A DNA stretch of 64,000 nt from contig CAWGYD010000003.1 in the NCBI GenBank assembly GCA_963826785.1, positions 32,001 to 96,000 of the forward strand. Direction: 5' to 3'. Both the position numbers and the translations under genes were made by a program. The notes beneath the pieces are model-generated. The model saw only the letters and a list, made by a program, of their open reading frames with translations. It searched no databases and was not told the origin of the DNA. The stretch's first letter is position 1. Every line of letters begins with the position of its first letter. Below, piece by piece: positions 10,869 to 22,026 of the stretch. Origin of the DNA: an uncultured delta proteobacterium. Its GTDB lineage: Bacteria > Desulfobacterota > Desulfobacteria > Desulfobacterales > Desulfosalsimonadaceae.

Positions 10869-12089
10869 ATGGCACTGATCGTACAGAAATACGGCGGCAC
10901 TTCGGTGGGCGATCTGGATCGGATCCGGAATGTGGCCGGCCGGATCGCCAGGACCTATGACCAGGGAGACGACGTGGTGGTCATCCTTTCGGCCATGAGC
11001 GGGGCGACCGACCAGCTCATCCGCACGGCGGAACAGGTCACCGAATTTCCCGACAAGCGGGAGCTCGATGTGCTGCTGTCCACCGGCGAACAGACCACGG
11101 TTGCGCTCATGGCCATGACCCTGATCTCCATGGGCTACAAGGCCCGGTCCCTGCTGGGACATCAGACGGAAATCCTGACCGACAGCCAGTCCTGCTCGGC
11201 CCGCATCTTAGACATCGGGGCGACCCGGCTCAAGGAACTCCTCTCCCAGCGCCATATCGTGATCGTAGCCGGATTTCAGGGCTGCGACGCCCAGGGGAAC
11301 ATCACCACCCTGGGCCGCGGCGGATCAGACACCTCGGCCGTTGCGGTCGCAGCGGCCATTCACGCGGATAAATGCGAGATTTATACCGATGTGGACGGCA
11401 TCTACACGGCCGATCCCAACATCTGCTCAAAGGCCCGGAAACTGGACAAGATCTCCTATGACGAGATGCTGGAAATGGCGAGTCTGGGGGCGAAAGTGCT
11501 TCAGATCCGATCGGTCGAATTCGCCAAGAAATATAACGTACCCATTCATGTCAGATCATCCTTTAATGATGAGGAAGGAACCATGGTGATTAACGAGGAT
11601 GCCAATATGGAGAAAGTGGTGGTCTCCGGCGTGACCCACAATAAGAATCAGGCCCGCATCACCCTGCGCAAGGTCCCGGATAAACCGGGAATCGCCACGA
11701 AAATCTTTTCTCCCATTGCCGATGCCGGCATCCAGGTGGATATGATCATCCAGAATACCCGGTCCGGAAACATGACGGATATGACGTTTACCGTGGGAAA
11801 GACCGATTTCAAAGCCGCCATGAAGATCGCCCGGGACACGGCGGAAGAAATCAGGGCCGAAGAAGTGGTGGGGGATGAAAACATCGCCAAGGTATCCGTG
11901 GTGGGCGTGGGCATGCGAAGCCACTCCGGTGTGGCATCCAAAATGTTTTCCGCCCTGTCGGCCGAAAACATCAACATCCTGATGATCAGCACATCGGAAA
12001 TCCGGATTTCCTGCGCCATCGAGGAAAAATACACCGAACTGGCGGTCCGGGCGCTCCATTCCGCTTTCGACCTGGACCAGGCCGGCTGA
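10869..12089 (+). CDS. lysC: aspartate kinase
   Basis: 'VQKYGGTSV', '[12 protein letters not shown]', two ACT domains, 'STSEIRIS'. Confidence 0.97.
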   Translation: MALIVQKYGGTSVGDLDRIRNVAGRIARTYDQGDDVVVILSAMSGATDQLIRTAEQVTEFPDKRELDVLLSTGEQTTVALMAMTLISMGYKARSLLGHQTEILTDSQSCSARILDIGATRLKELLSQRHIVIVAGFQGCDAQGNITTLGRGGSDTSAVAVAAAIHADKCEIYTDVDGIYTADPNICSKARKLDKISYDEMLEMASLGAKVLQIRSVEFAKKYNVPIHVRSSFNDEEGTMVINEDANMEKVVVSGVTHNKNQARITLRKVPDKPGIATKIFSPIADAGIQVDMIIQNTRSGNMTDMTFTVGKTDFKAAMKIARDTAEEIRAEEVVGDENIAKVSVVGVGMRSHSGVASKMFSALSAENINILMISTSEIRISCAIEEKYTELAVRALHSAFDLDQAG

Positions 12090-12101
12090 ATCCATCCGCA
12101 A

Positions 12102-12194
12102 ATGAAGCATTTTAGCGCCGATCAGCTGCGGGTGGCGCTCTTTATCGGCCTGATCATCGCAGGCGTTACCCTTCTGCGTTATTTTTCAGGCTGA
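12102..12194 (+). CDS. putative 30-aa single-pass membrane protein (below ORF-track cutoff)
   Basis: ATG 12 nt after the lysC stop; MKHFSADQLRVALFIGLIIAGVTLLRYFSG with a clean hydrophobic helix. Confidence 0.45.
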   Translation: MKHFSADQLRVALFIGLIIAGVTLLRYFSG

Positions 12195-12928
12195 TCCGGC
12201 AGTTTCGCCAGGGCATCCCCGATTTCATCGGCGATCCGGCGTGCCGCCGCTACCGGATCTCCGGCATCGCGTATCGGCCGGCCGATCACCAGGTAATCCG
12301 ATCCGTTGGCCACGGCCATGGCCGGCGTGACGACCCGCTGCTGGTCATCATCATGCCCGCATTTCTGATCCGGCCGGATGCCCGGGGTGATCGCCAGAAA
12401 TTGATTCCCGAAGATCTCCTTGATCATTTTTACTTCATGGCCGGAACAGACCACGCCCGCGCATCCGGCGGTATTGGCCATGGCTGCCCGGTGCAGCACC
12501 AGTTTCGTCAGGTCACCGGCCATCTCCTCGGAAAAACCGCATGCCCGGATATCTTCTGCCGACACGCTGGTCAGCACCGTAACCCCGAGCACCCCGACTT
12601 TGCCTTTCGCCCCTTCAACTGCCGCACGGAGCATTTCGGCTGATTCCCCGCAGTGCACCGTGGCAAGGGCCACGTCGTATTCGGCGATCTGCGACATGGC
12701 CCGGGAAACGGTTACGGGGATGTCGTGAAGTTTCAGGTCCAGAAAAATTCCGGCGTCCCCGGCCTCTCGGATTCTCTCGATGATTTCGGGCCCTGACCGG
12801 ATGAACAGCTCGAGTCCCACCTTGAACATGCCCACTTCACCCGACAGTTGACGGACGCTGGCGTAAGCCGCTTCTTTGGACGGCATGTCAAGGGGGAAGA
12901 TAATGTAATCTTTAGCGGATCGGCTCAT
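12179..12928 (-). CDS. pyrF: orotidine-5'-phosphate decarboxylase
   Basis: 'FKVGLELF', 'FLDLKLHDIP', 'TPGIRP', 'VIGRPI'. Confidence 0.97.
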   Translation of the reverse strand: MSRSAKDYIIFPLDMPSKEAAYASVRQLSGEVGMFKVGLELFIRSGPEIIERIREAGDAGIFLDLKLHDIPVTVSRAMSQIAEYDVALATVHCGESAEMLRAAVEGAKGKVGVLGVTVLTSVSAEDIRACGFSEEMAGDLTKLVLHRAAMANTAGCAGVVCSGHEVKMIKEIFGNQFLAITPGIRPDQKCGHDDDQQRVVTPAMAVANGSDYLVIGRPIRDAGDPVAAARRIADEIGDALAKLPDQPEK

Positions 12929-13229
12929 TTTTTCCTTCCGGCACAAGGGGTTGAAAGGTCATCTGCTGCTGGATACGATCATTTTTTATCAGTATAGTAC
13001 AATTGCACAAAGAAGCAAACCCCTGCTGCCGGGCAACCCGGAAGCCGCTTGATTCTGTTTGCGGCAAACATCCGCATTTCGGGGAAAAAGAGTTGAAAAC
13101 ACGTGAACCGAAATGGTATGAAACCATGATTATTAAATTTTTTGAAGTACATAACGGGCGGGTGGAGGTCTTCAGGCACCGGCACCCCATCTGTCCGCAT
13201 GGCAATAAATGCATATAAACGAAATGATT

Positions 13230-14668
13230 ATGCCCGAAAACCCGAAAAATAGACCCGACCCGCGCCAGAAGCGCCTTCTCAAAAGCCTTCCCGGGGTGGA
13301 CCGGATGCTGGAACTGGCGCAGGCCGCCCCCGACTTTAATGAAGCGCCCCGATCCGTGATCACCCAATCGGTGCGGCGGGTGCTGGACCGGCTTCGCAGG
13401 GCGATCCTGGAAAATGATGCCGAAATCCGGGATGACATGATCGATGAACAGGCCATTCTCAAACAGGCCGCCTCCGCCGTGGCGGCCGCCATGCGCGACA
13501 ACCTGGCACCGGTCATCAACGCCACGGGCGTGGTGGTGCACACCAACCTGGGGCGCTCTCTTCTGGCAAAAAGTGCGCTGGCGCATATCCTCTCCATTTC
13601 CGGCCGCTATTCCAACCTGGAGTTCAATCTTTGCTTGGGGAAGCGGGGATCGCGCTACAGCCTGGTGGAGGACCTGATCTGCGAAATCAGCGGCGCAGAA
13701 GCCGCCCTGGCCGTAAACAACAATGCGGCAGCGGTCCTGCTCTGCCTGGATACCATCGCAAGCGGCCGGGAGGTGATCGTATCCCGGGGCGAACTGGTGG
13801 AAATCGGCGGGTCTTTCCGCATCCCCGATGTCATGGCCAAAAGCGGGGCGCCATGAAAGAGGTGGGCACCACCAACCGCACCCATCCCCATGATTATCAG
13901 CGGGCCATCACCGAGAACACCGGGCTGCTTTTAAAGGTGCACACCAGCAACTTCGGCATCATCGGGTTCACCTCGTCGGTATCGCTTGCGGAACTGGTGG
14001 ATATCGGCCGGCAGCATCACCTGCCGGTCATGGAAGACCTGGGAAGCGGAACCTTCATCGATTTTTCACGCTACGGACTGATCAAGGAGCCCACGGTCCA
14101 GGAATCGGTATCAGCCGGCGCCGATGTGGTCACCTTCTCCGGGGACAAGCTGCTGGGCGGCCCCCAGGCGGGCATCATCGCCGGTGCCAAGCCGATCATC
14201 GACCGGATCAAACAAAATCCCCTGACCCGGGCCCTGCGGATCGATAAACTCACCCTGGCCGCACTGGAAAGCACCCTGCGGCTTTACCGGGAGGAGTCTG
14301 CCGCCGTCGCGCAGATTCCCACTTTGAATATGATTACCGCCCCTCTGGAAACGGTTGACCAAAAGGCCGAACAGATCAAGGGCCTTCTGGACGGGCTCAA
14401 CAACCGGAAGCTGTCGGTGAACGTCATTGATTCCCGGGCCAAAGCCGGGGGGGGATCGTTTCCGTTGCTTGAAATTCCCAGCAGGTGCGTCAGCATCCGG
14501 GTGAAGGGCAAAAACGCAAACCAGATCGAGGCACACATGCGAAACAGCACGCCGCCGGTCATCGGAAGGATCGAGGAGGATATGTATCTGATGGACATGA
14601 GGACCGTCCTGCCGGAAGAACTGCAGGACATCGCCCGGGCAATAACCGCACTCATAGAAGGAATTTGA
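13230..14668 (+). CDS. selA: L-seryl-tRNA(Sec) selenium transferase, split at ~13851-13856 by an apparent frameshift
   Basis: 'VINATGVVVHTNLGR', 'VSRGELVEIGGSFRIP' in one frame; 'EVGTTNRT', 'SGDKLLGGPQAG' in another. Confidence 0.93.
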
Positions 14669-14670
14669 TC

Positions 14671-15996
14671 ATGTCGCATCCCCCCGAAGGGATTCATCCC
14701 CATCGGATGTCAAACGGCGATTTTCTGTTTTCGAGAACCCGGCCCGAAACGGAAGCCGGCCAGGAAGAAAAAGAGACGGTCATTTCACTCGACCGGCTCA
14801 GGCAGGCTTATCCGGAACTGCTGACCGACAACGGACTGGTGGATGCGGCCCGGCAGAAACTGATGGCCTTTGACCGCTTCGGCGCACTGGTCATCCGGAT
14901 CGACGATCTGAACTACCTGATGGCCCCGGATGACCTGATGCTCGACCTGGTTCGGACGGTGGATACGATCTGCGGAAAGCATGACGGGATATGGGGGATT
15001 CTGGAACATGGCCTGACCGGGTGCTTTTTCCCGGAAAAGGATGAAAAACAATGCACGCTGATTGCCGAATCGATCAAAAAAGAACTGGCCGGCACCCACA
15101 AAGAAACCCTGACGGCGGGGATCGCGATTTTTCCCACCATTTCCTACCAGAAAGGGCATATCCTGAAAAATGCGTTAAAAGCCCTCGATCATGCCGAGTT
15201 TCTGGGTCCGGATGCCTGCGTGGCCTTCGATTCGATCAGCCTCAACATCAGCGGGGACAAGTGCTACCAGGAAGGTGACATCGATGAAGCCGTGGCGGAA
15301 TTTGAACGGGCGCTTCAACTCGACCCCAAAAACATCAATGTCCACAACAGCCTGGGGGTATGCCTCGGGATGAAAGGGAAACTGGACCGGGCACTGGCCC
15401 AGTTCGAACTGGCCATCGGGTTTGCCCCCGATGAAGTGATGGCCATTTACAATGCCGGATACGTGCACTTCCTGAAAAAGGAATTTGACAAGGCCCTTCA
15501 ATATCTGCTTCGGTCCCGGAAAATCGACCCGGATCTTTTTGAACCGGCGATCCAGACGGGGCGGGTCCTTTTGGAGATGAACCGCCCGGAAAAAGCAAAA
15601 AAGTTTCTGGCCCATGCCGCCGGTCTGAATCCAGGCTCCGGCGCGGCATTCCGCCTGCTGGGGGACTGCTGCGTCCTTCTGGATCAGCCGGCGGAAGCCG
15701 TGGCCGCATACAATACCGCCCTGAAGATCAATCCCGAGGATGCGGCGGCCCTTTCCGCCCTGGGGTTTTACTATGAGATGCAGAACCAGAATGCGGATAT
15801 CGCCCTGCTCTTCTGCCGGCAGGCAACAGAAATTCTGCCGGACAACGGCCTGTTCCATCACCGGCTGGGGCGGCTATATCTCAACCGGAAAGAATATGAA
15901 CCCGCCATGGCCGAATTTACCCGGGCGGCTGACCTCGGCCACGACAGCGCCGAATATGTCAAAAAAACCTATACACTGATGGCCAAAGCCCAATGA
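14671..15996 (+). CDS. degenerate GGDEF-like domain plus TPR repeat protein
   Basis: GGDEF-fold remnants ('LVIRIDD','TLTAGIAIFP','ALKALDHA') without the GG(D/E)EF motif, then multiple TPRs. Confidence 0.75.
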   Translation: MSHPPEGIHPHRMSNGDFLFSRTRPETEAGQEEKETVISLDRLRQAYPELLTDNGLVDAARQKLMAFDRFGALVIRIDDLNYLMAPDDLMLDLVRTVDTICGKHDGIWGILEHGLTGCFFPEKDEKQCTLIAESIKKELAGTHKETLTAGIAIFPTISYQKGHILKNALKALDHAEFLGPDACVAFDSISLNISGDKCYQEGDIDEAVAEFERALQLDPKNINVHNSLGVCLGMKGKLDRALAQFELAIGFAPDEVMAIYNAGYVHFLKKEFDKALQYLLRSRKIDPDLFEPAIQTGRVLLEMNRPEKAKKFLAHAAGLNPGSGAAFRLLGDCCVLLDQPAEAVAAYNTALKINPEDAAALSALGFYYEMQNQNADIALLFCRQATEILPDNGLFHHRLGRLYLNRKEYEPAMAEFTRAADLGHDSAEYVKKTYTLMAKAQ

Positions 15997-16571
15997 AAGA
16001 GATCATATTGCGGCATCTGGAGGAGAGCGTTCGTCTCAAATCCGAATTCATCCGGCGCCATGCCGGCCAGATGGAAGATGCCGCGCAGATGATGGCCATG
16101 GTACTGGCGGACGGCGGCAAGGTGATGATCTTCGGCAACGGCGGCAGCGCCGCAGATGCCCAGCATATCGCGGCCGAACTGGTCAACCGTTTCCAGGTCG
16201 ACCGCGCGCCCCTTGCGGCTATCGCCCTGACCACCGATACTTCGATTATCACCGCGATTTCCAATGATTTCGACTTTGCCGACATTTTTGCCCGGCAGAT
16301 CCGGGCCCTGGGGCGAAAAGGCGATCTGGCCTGGGGGATCAGCACCAGCGGAAATTCGCCAAACGTGATGACGGGATTGCAGCAGGCCAGACAGATGGGC
16401 CTCAAAACCCTGGGACTGGCCGGCGAAGCCGCCGGGAAAATGACCGGCCATTGCGACATGTGCCTGTGCGTATCCGGCGGAACCCCGCCAAGGATACAGG
16501 AGACGCACATCACCGTGGCCCATATCCTCTGCGACCTGGTGGATCGGATTTTATTTCCGGAAAAATTTTAA
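15993..16571 (+). CDS. gmhA: D-sedoheptulose 7-phosphate isomerase
   Basis: 'FGNGGSAADAQH', 'ISTSGNSPNV', 'RIQETHI'. Confidence 0.96.
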   Translation: MKEIILRHLEESVRLKSEFIRRHAGQMEDAAQMMAMVLADGGKVMIFGNGGSAADAQHIAAELVNRFQVDRAPLAAIALTTDTSIITAISNDFDFADIFARQIRALGRKGDLAWGISTSGNSPNVMTGLQQARQMGLKTLGLAGEAAGKMTGHCDMCLCVSGGTPPRIQETHITVAHILCDLVDRILFPEKF

Positions 16572-16669
16572 CCTTTTTTTTCTCGTTGAGACGCAAACCC
16601 TTCGCATCCCTGCGGGAGACATGCCCCGCGTCTTTCCGGATCAGCAAGAAAATCATTGAGGGATATGCC

Positions 16670-17635
16670 ATGAATCATCGAATCCCCCCGCTGGATCTTG
16701 ACGATCTGAAAACCTATCCCCTGTCCGAACGAAAAAGCCTGGTTTCCACATCCGATTTTGCCGTCCCCCATGAAACAGGCGCTTCGTTTGTCCGCTTCCT
16801 TTCGAGCCTGCCCGGGATCCTGGCGGGAAAAGAGCTCCGTGAGGTCATCGATGCCCTGGCAAAGGCGAGCAAAAACGACAGAACGGTCATATTCGCCATG
16901 GGCGCGCATGTCATCAAGGTCGGTCTTTCGCCATTGATTATCGACCTGATGGCGCGCGACCTCATCACCGCGGCGGCACTGAACGGGGCGGGCATCATCC
17001 ATGATTTTGAGATCGCCTTTGCCGGGTGCACCTCCGAGGACGTGGCCGCGGGAATCGGAGAAGGACGCTTCGGCATGGCCGAAGAAACCGGCGCCTGCCT
17101 GAGCCGGGCGATTGCGCTGGCCGAAACGGAAAGCATCGGCCTGGGCGAGGCGGTGGGCCGGTTCATCCTGCAGGAACAGATGCCCTATCGGCATCTGAGC
17201 ATCCTTGCCGAGGCATGCCGCCTGAACAAACCGGTGACGGTACACCTGGCCTTCGGCACGGATATTCTCCACATGCACCCGGCATTCGACCCCCGGGCCG
17301 CCGGGGGGGCCACCCACATGGATTTCAGGCGCTTCGCCCGCCTGGTCACCACGCTTTCCGGCGGGGTGTTCGTCAATATCGGGTCGGCGGTCATCCTGCC
17401 CGAAGTCTTTTTAAAGGCCCTGAGCCTGGCCAACAACCTGGGGTATGACATCTGCGGCCTGACCACGGTCAACCTGGATTTCATCCGGCAATACCGCCCC
17501 CTGACCAACGTGGTTCAGCGGCCGGTCCTAAAAGACGGCCGCGGATACAATCTGATCGGCCATCACGAGATCCTCTTGCCGCTCATCGCCGCCGGCCTCA
17601 TCGAACAGACCGGGCACTCCCCGGGGACGGATTGA
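16670..17635 (+). CDS. conserved hypothetical protein with deoxyhypusine-synthase-like features
   Basis: 'MGAHVIKVGL','NGAGIIHDFE','GTDILHMHP','GSAVILPEVFLKA','GHHEILLPL'; RBS GAGG upstream. Confidence 0.7.
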   Translation: MNHRIPPLDLDDLKTYPLSERKSLVSTSDFAVPHETGASFVRFLSSLPGILAGKELREVIDALAKASKNDRTVIFAMGAHVIKVGLSPLIIDLMARDLITAAALNGAGIIHDFEIAFAGCTSEDVAAGIGEGRFGMAEETGACLSRAIALAETESIGLGEAVGRFILQEQMPYRHLSILAEACRLNKPVTVHLAFGTDILHMHPAFDPRAAGGATHMDFRRFARLVTTLSGGVFVNIGSAVILPEVFLKALSLANNLGYDICGLTTVNLDFIRQYRPLTNVVQRPVLKDGRGYNLIGHHEILLPLIAAGLIEQTGHSPGTD

Positions 17636-17922
17636 AGGCATTGAATCTACTAAAAGGGTGCTTAGATTGAACAAGAATGTAAAAAATCCGTTTCGGGTAA
17701 TTTTTTGCGGAGGCCGAACGAAATCAGAAATTTGGGGCAAGATCAAGGAATGAAGACATTGGGCAAACACATGTTTTTATTCGCCGCTGTTTACTTGCGC
17801 GGCCAAATGCGCTATGAAAAATTTTTTCGCAAATGCCGAAAAAGTTGAGGCAACCCGGGGACGAATCGTTTTTCGCCCCTGCTCTCTTGAATGGATATAA
17901 AATAAGATAATGGAGTGTGTAA

Positions 17923-18153
17923 ATGCCGATATATGAATATCATTGCGACCAATGCAAAAAAAAGTTTGAAACCCTGGTGCTGGGAAGTGACACACCGGCC
18001 TGCCCCACCTGCGGGCGCGAGGACGTCCGAAGGGTGATGTCGGCCTGCGGATTTGTCAGCAAAGGCTCGGGCGGCCAAACCGTGAGTGCTTCGGCCGGTT
18101 CCTCCTCCTGCGGCGGCTGCACGTCGTCGAGCTGTTCCGGGTGCGGCCACTGA
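17923..18153 (+). CDS. FmdB family zinc-ribbon protein with Cys-rich tail
   Basis: 'MPIYEYHCDQC...CPTCG', tail 'CGGCTSSSCSGCGH'. Confidence 0.9.
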   Translation: MPIYEYHCDQCKKKFETLVLGSDTPACPTCGREDVRRVMSACGFVSKGSGGQTVSASAGSSSCGGCTSSSCSGCGH

Positions 18154-19091
18154 TGCCCCCACGACTGGTCATCGGCACACGGGGCAGCCAGCTGGCCCTC
18201 TGGCAGGCCAACTGGGTCAAGGCCGAACTGGAACGGGCCCATCCCGGCCTTTCCTGTTCACTGGAGATCATCAAAACCAGCGGCGATAAAATTCTGGATG
18301 TGCCCCTGGCCCAGGTCGGGGGCAAAGGGCTGTTCGTCAAGGAGATCGAAGAGGCGCTCTTAAACGGGACCGTAGACCTGGCCGTGCACAGCATGAAGGA
18401 CATGCCGGCTCTGATTCCAGACGGTCTGGGCATCGGCGCGGTTACCCGGCGGGAAGCCGCCAATGACGTGCTGATTTCCCGGGCGGGCAACACCCTGATG
18501 GAAATGCCGGAAAACGCGCGCATCGGCACCAGCAGTTTAAGAAGGGCATCCCAGCTGCTGCATCGACGGCCCGATTTTCAGATCATCCCCCTGCGGGGAA
18601 ATATCGACACGCGTCTTAAAAAGCTGCAAACCCAGGATATGCATGCCATTGTCCTTGCGGCCGCAGGCATTCTGCGCCTGGATTTCGCCGGCCATATTAC
18701 CGAATACATCGATACCGACGTCCTCATCCCCGCCGTGGGCCAGGGAGCGCTCTGCATTGAGACCCGCAGTAATGATCCATCCGTCATCGAACGGCTGTCC
18801 GTTTTGAATCACGACGAGACCCGCAGCGCAGTACTGGCCGAACGGGCCTTTCTGAAACGACTGGAAGGCGGGTGCCAGGTTCCGGTGGCCGCCTACGGCA
18901 CGGTGCAAGACGGTCTTCTTCACATTTCCGGCATGGTGGCCGAAACCGACGGGTCCCTCATGTACCGGCAATCGCTCAACGGTCCCGTATCACAGGCCGA
19001 AGCACTCGGGCTCGCCCTGGCCGAAGATCTCATCGGCCAGGGGGCCCAGGCCATTTTAGACAGACTCTGTCAAGAAAGCAAAAAACCATGA
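18153..19091 (+). CDS. hemC: hydroxymethylbilane synthase
   Basis: 'IGTRGSQLALWQ', 'AVHSMKD', 'LEGGCQVP'. Confidence 0.97.
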   Translation: MPPRLVIGTRGSQLALWQANWVKAELERAHPGLSCSLEIIKTSGDKILDVPLAQVGGKGLFVKEIEEALLNGTVDLAVHSMKDMPALIPDGLGIGAVTRREAANDVLISRAGNTLMEMPENARIGTSSLRRASQLLHRRPDFQIIPLRGNIDTRLKKLQTQDMHAIVLAAAGILRLDFAGHITEYIDTDVLIPAVGQGALCIETRSNDPSVIERLSVLNHDETRSAVLAERAFLKRLEGGCQVPVAAYGTVQDGLLHISGMVAETDGSLMYRQSLNGPVSQAEALGLALAEDLIGQGAQAILDRLCQESKKP

Positions 19092-20611
19092 CGACGAAAA
19101 AGGTATATTTGGTGGGGGCCGGCCCCGGTGATCCGGGCCTGATCACCGTAAAGGGGAAATGGTGCATCGAGCAGGCCGAGGTGATCATCTATGACTACCT
19201 GGCCGCGGACGAACTACTCGCCTATGCACGGCAGGATGCGGAAATCATCTATGCCGGCAAGCAGGGGGGGGATCATACCCTGACCCAGGACCAGATCAAC
19301 GCCCTGATCGCCCGAAAGGCAAAAGAAGGCAAGACGGTGACCCGCCTCAAGGGTGGGGACCCCTTTATTTTCGGCCGGGGCGGGGAAGAGATCGAGGTTC
19401 TCATCGATGCGGGAATCGAATTTGAGATCGTCCCCGGGGTGACTTCCGCCATCGCGGCCCCGGCCTACGCGGGGATACCGCTGACCCACCGGAAATACAC
19501 CTCGAGCGTCACCTTCGTCACCGGGCACGAGGACCCCGACAAGGCGGAATCGAGCCTCAACTGGGATACACTGGCCCAAAATCCCGGCACCCTGGTCTTC
19601 CTCATGGGGGTGAAAAACCTTCCCCGGATCGCCGGCCAGCTGGCCGCCCACGGAAAAGACGAACAAACCCCCGTGGCCCTGGTGCGGTGGGGGACCACCC
19701 CGGACCAGGAGGTCCTGAGCGGAACACTTGCCGATATCGCCGAAAAAGCAGCCGCCGCCAACCTGAAGCCGCCCTGTATCATCATCGTGGGTGAGGTGGT
19801 CCGCCTGCGGGAAAAGATGAAATGGTTTGAAAACCGGCCCCTTTTCGGAAAACGGATCGCGGTTACCCGTGCCCGGGCCCAGGCCAGCGAACTGGTGGAG
19901 CAGCTGAGGATGCTGGGGGCCTCCTGCCTGGAATCCCCGGTGATCCGGATCATCCCCCCCGATGACCGGGCCCCGCTGATACAGGCCGTTAACCGCATTA
20001 AAGAATATGACTGGCTCACCTTTACCAGCGTCAACGGGGTGGAGTCGTTTTTTGACGCTTTACACGAGCAGGGAAAGGATGCCCGCGCCCTGGGGCATCT
20101 GCAGACCGCATGCATCGGGCCGTCCACTGCCGCACGGCTGCGCGATTACGGCCTGTTAAGCGATATCGTCCCGGAAACCTTCCGGGCGGAATCGGTGGCG
20201 GCCGCCTTTGCGGAAAAACCGCTGTCCGGCAGGAAGATCCTGCTGGCCCGGGCCAAAGAAGCCCGGTCGGTCCTGCCGGAGGAACTGGTGAAAATGGGGG
20301 CGGACGTGGACGAGGTGATTGCCTACCAGACCGTTCAGGATTCGACCGCAAAAGCTCAGCTGCTCGAAGAACTTGAAGCGTGCCGGATCGATATGGTCAC
20401 CTTCACCAGTTCCTCCACGGTCACCAATTTCAAGGACCTGATCCCCCCGGACCGGTTTGAAACCCTCATGAAGGATGTCGCGGTCGCCTCCATCGGCCCC
20501 ATCACCTCGGAAACCGCTGAAAAAAACGGTTTTCAGGTGGATACCGCCGCGGAGCAATACACCATTTCCGGCCTGTGCGAAGCCATTGTCAGGTACTATT
20601 CGCCCCGGTGA
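19088..20611 (+). CDS. cobA-hemD: uroporphyrinogen-III C-methyltransferase / uroporphyrinogen-III synthase fusion
   Basis: '[13 protein letters not shown]','[16 protein letters not shown]', then HemD-type 'VTRARAQ','FTSVNGV','FTSSSTV','SIGPIT'. Confidence 0.95.
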   Translation: MTTKKVYLVGAGPGDPGLITVKGKWCIEQAEVIIYDYLAADELLAYARQDAEIIYAGKQGGDHTLTQDQINALIARKAKEGKTVTRLKGGDPFIFGRGGEEIEVLIDAGIEFEIVPGVTSAIAAPAYAGIPLTHRKYTSSVTFVTGHEDPDKAESSLNWDTLAQNPGTLVFLMGVKNLPRIAGQLAAHGKDEQTPVALVRWGTTPDQEVLSGTLADIAEKAAAANLKPPCIIIVGEVVRLREKMKWFENRPLFGKRIAVTRARAQASELVEQLRMLGASCLESPVIRIIPPDDRAPLIQAVNRIKEYDWLTFTSVNGVESFFDALHEQGKDARALGHLQTACIGPSTAARLRDYGLLSDIVPETFRAESVAAAFAEKPLSGRKILLARAKEARSVLPEELVKMGADVDEVIAYQTVQDSTAKAQLLEELEACRIDMVTFTSSSTVTNFKDLIPPDRFETLMKDVAVASIGPITSETAEKNGFQVDTAAEQYTISGLCEAIVRYYSPR

Positions 20612-20853
20612 ACGACCCGCCCCATTTTGTTCGAGTCCGGCATTGCGTTTTCTGACCCCCAGAGTCCACCGCCAGGGCCGCCGCGGAAAAAATATATTCC
20701 TGCGACCCTTGGCGACAAATTTTTGTAGTCCTTTATACGGCGAACCCAGGCGGATCATCGGAGATCTTCTTCTGAAAATCGGGTCCGGTTTGAAGAAGAT
20801 TGACCGGTCCCCCGGCCGTGTATATGACTATAAAAAGTACAAAAGGACCGCTC

Positions 20854-22026
20854 ATGGAGCTCATGGAGCAGATTTTAAAAAAATTGCCGGGATTTGTCGA
20901 TCAGATCCGATCCATGCGGGAGACGCTGATCGCCAACATCGTGCTGATCGGGCAGACCCCCGGGCCCACCTTTCATGAGGAGGAACGGGCGGAAATCCTG
21001 CTGGAACGGCTCACCGATGCCCAGGCGGACTACTGCGCCACCGATGGCTACAACAACCCCGTTGCCATCGTGCGGGGAACCGGGGGCGGCGCCGCCCCAC
21101 CCATTTTCATCGTGGCCCATATCGATACGTTCTTCCAGGCGGATGTCGACCACAACTACATCATCCGCAAAAATGTCATCTCCGGCCCCGGGATACTGGA
21201 CAACTCCGTGGGGGTGGGGGTGCTGGCATCCATGCCGGTCCTGTTTCGAAAGCTCGACCTCCAGTTTCAATCCGACATCGTGCTGGCCGGGGTGACCCAA
21301 TCCATCGGCAAAGGAAACTTCCAGGGCATCCGGCACCTGCTCAATTCATGGGAAGGGCCCATCCGGGGGGCGGTGATCATGGAGGGGGATAAACTGGGCC
21401 GGCTCAATTACGCCTCCGAAGGGATCATCCGGTGCGAAGTCGCCTGCGACGTCACCTCGCCCAACGGCTGGGAACGGAAACATCAGCCCAATGCCATCAT
21501 CATCTTAAATGAAGTCATCAACGAGATCATGGCCATGAAATTCCCCTGGCGGCCCCGCTCCCGGGTCATCATCGGAAAGATAAACGGCGGCTTCAAGCAC
21601 GGGACCATCGCCTTCGACGCCCGCCTGGGGTTTGAAATCCAGAGCGATTCAGATGAGATGGTCAAGAAAATGCACGATGAAATCAAGGATATCATCAGCG
21701 GCATCGGCCACGAACACCGGGTCACCCTCAAGATGAACACCATCAGCCACCTGAATGCCGCCACCCTGAAATACCGGCACCCCCTGGTGAAAAGCACGGT
21801 GGCCATCATGAAGCGACTGGGGCTGAAACCGGTCAGCGAATCGAGCGAATCGGAGCTCTCCATCTTCCTGGCCAAGAAAATTCCGGCCATTTCTCTGGGG
21901 ATCACCGAGGGGAAGAACATCCACCTGGAACATGCATCCATGAAGATCGAACCGATGTTTACGGGAATCGCCCAGATCATCGGCCTCATCATGGCCATCG
22001 ACAGCGGAGTATGCGATGACGCATGA
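20854..22026 (+). CDS. M20/M28 metallopeptidase-fold protein (degenerate)
   Basis: 'VAHIDT','GPGILDNSVG', dimerisation domain, C-terminal 'NIH'; the usual EE motif appears to be absent. Confidence 0.7.
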   Translation: MELMEQILKKLPGFVDQIRSMRETLIANIVLIGQTPGPTFHEEERAEILLERLTDAQADYCATDGYNNPVAIVRGTGGGAAPPIFIVAHIDTFFQADVDHNYIIRKNVISGPGILDNSVGVGVLASMPVLFRKLDLQFQSDIVLAGVTQSIGKGNFQGIRHLLNSWEGPIRGAVIMEGDKLGRLNYASEGIIRCEVACDVTSPNGWERKHQPNAIIILNEVINEIMAMKFPWRPRSRVIIGKINGGFKHGTIAFDARLGFEIQSDSDEMVKKMHDEIKDIISGIGHEHRVTLKMNTISHLNAATLKYRHPLVKSTVAIMKRLGLKPVSESSESELSIFLAKKIPAISLGITEGKNIHLEHASMKIEPMFTGIAQIIGLIMAIDSGVCDDA

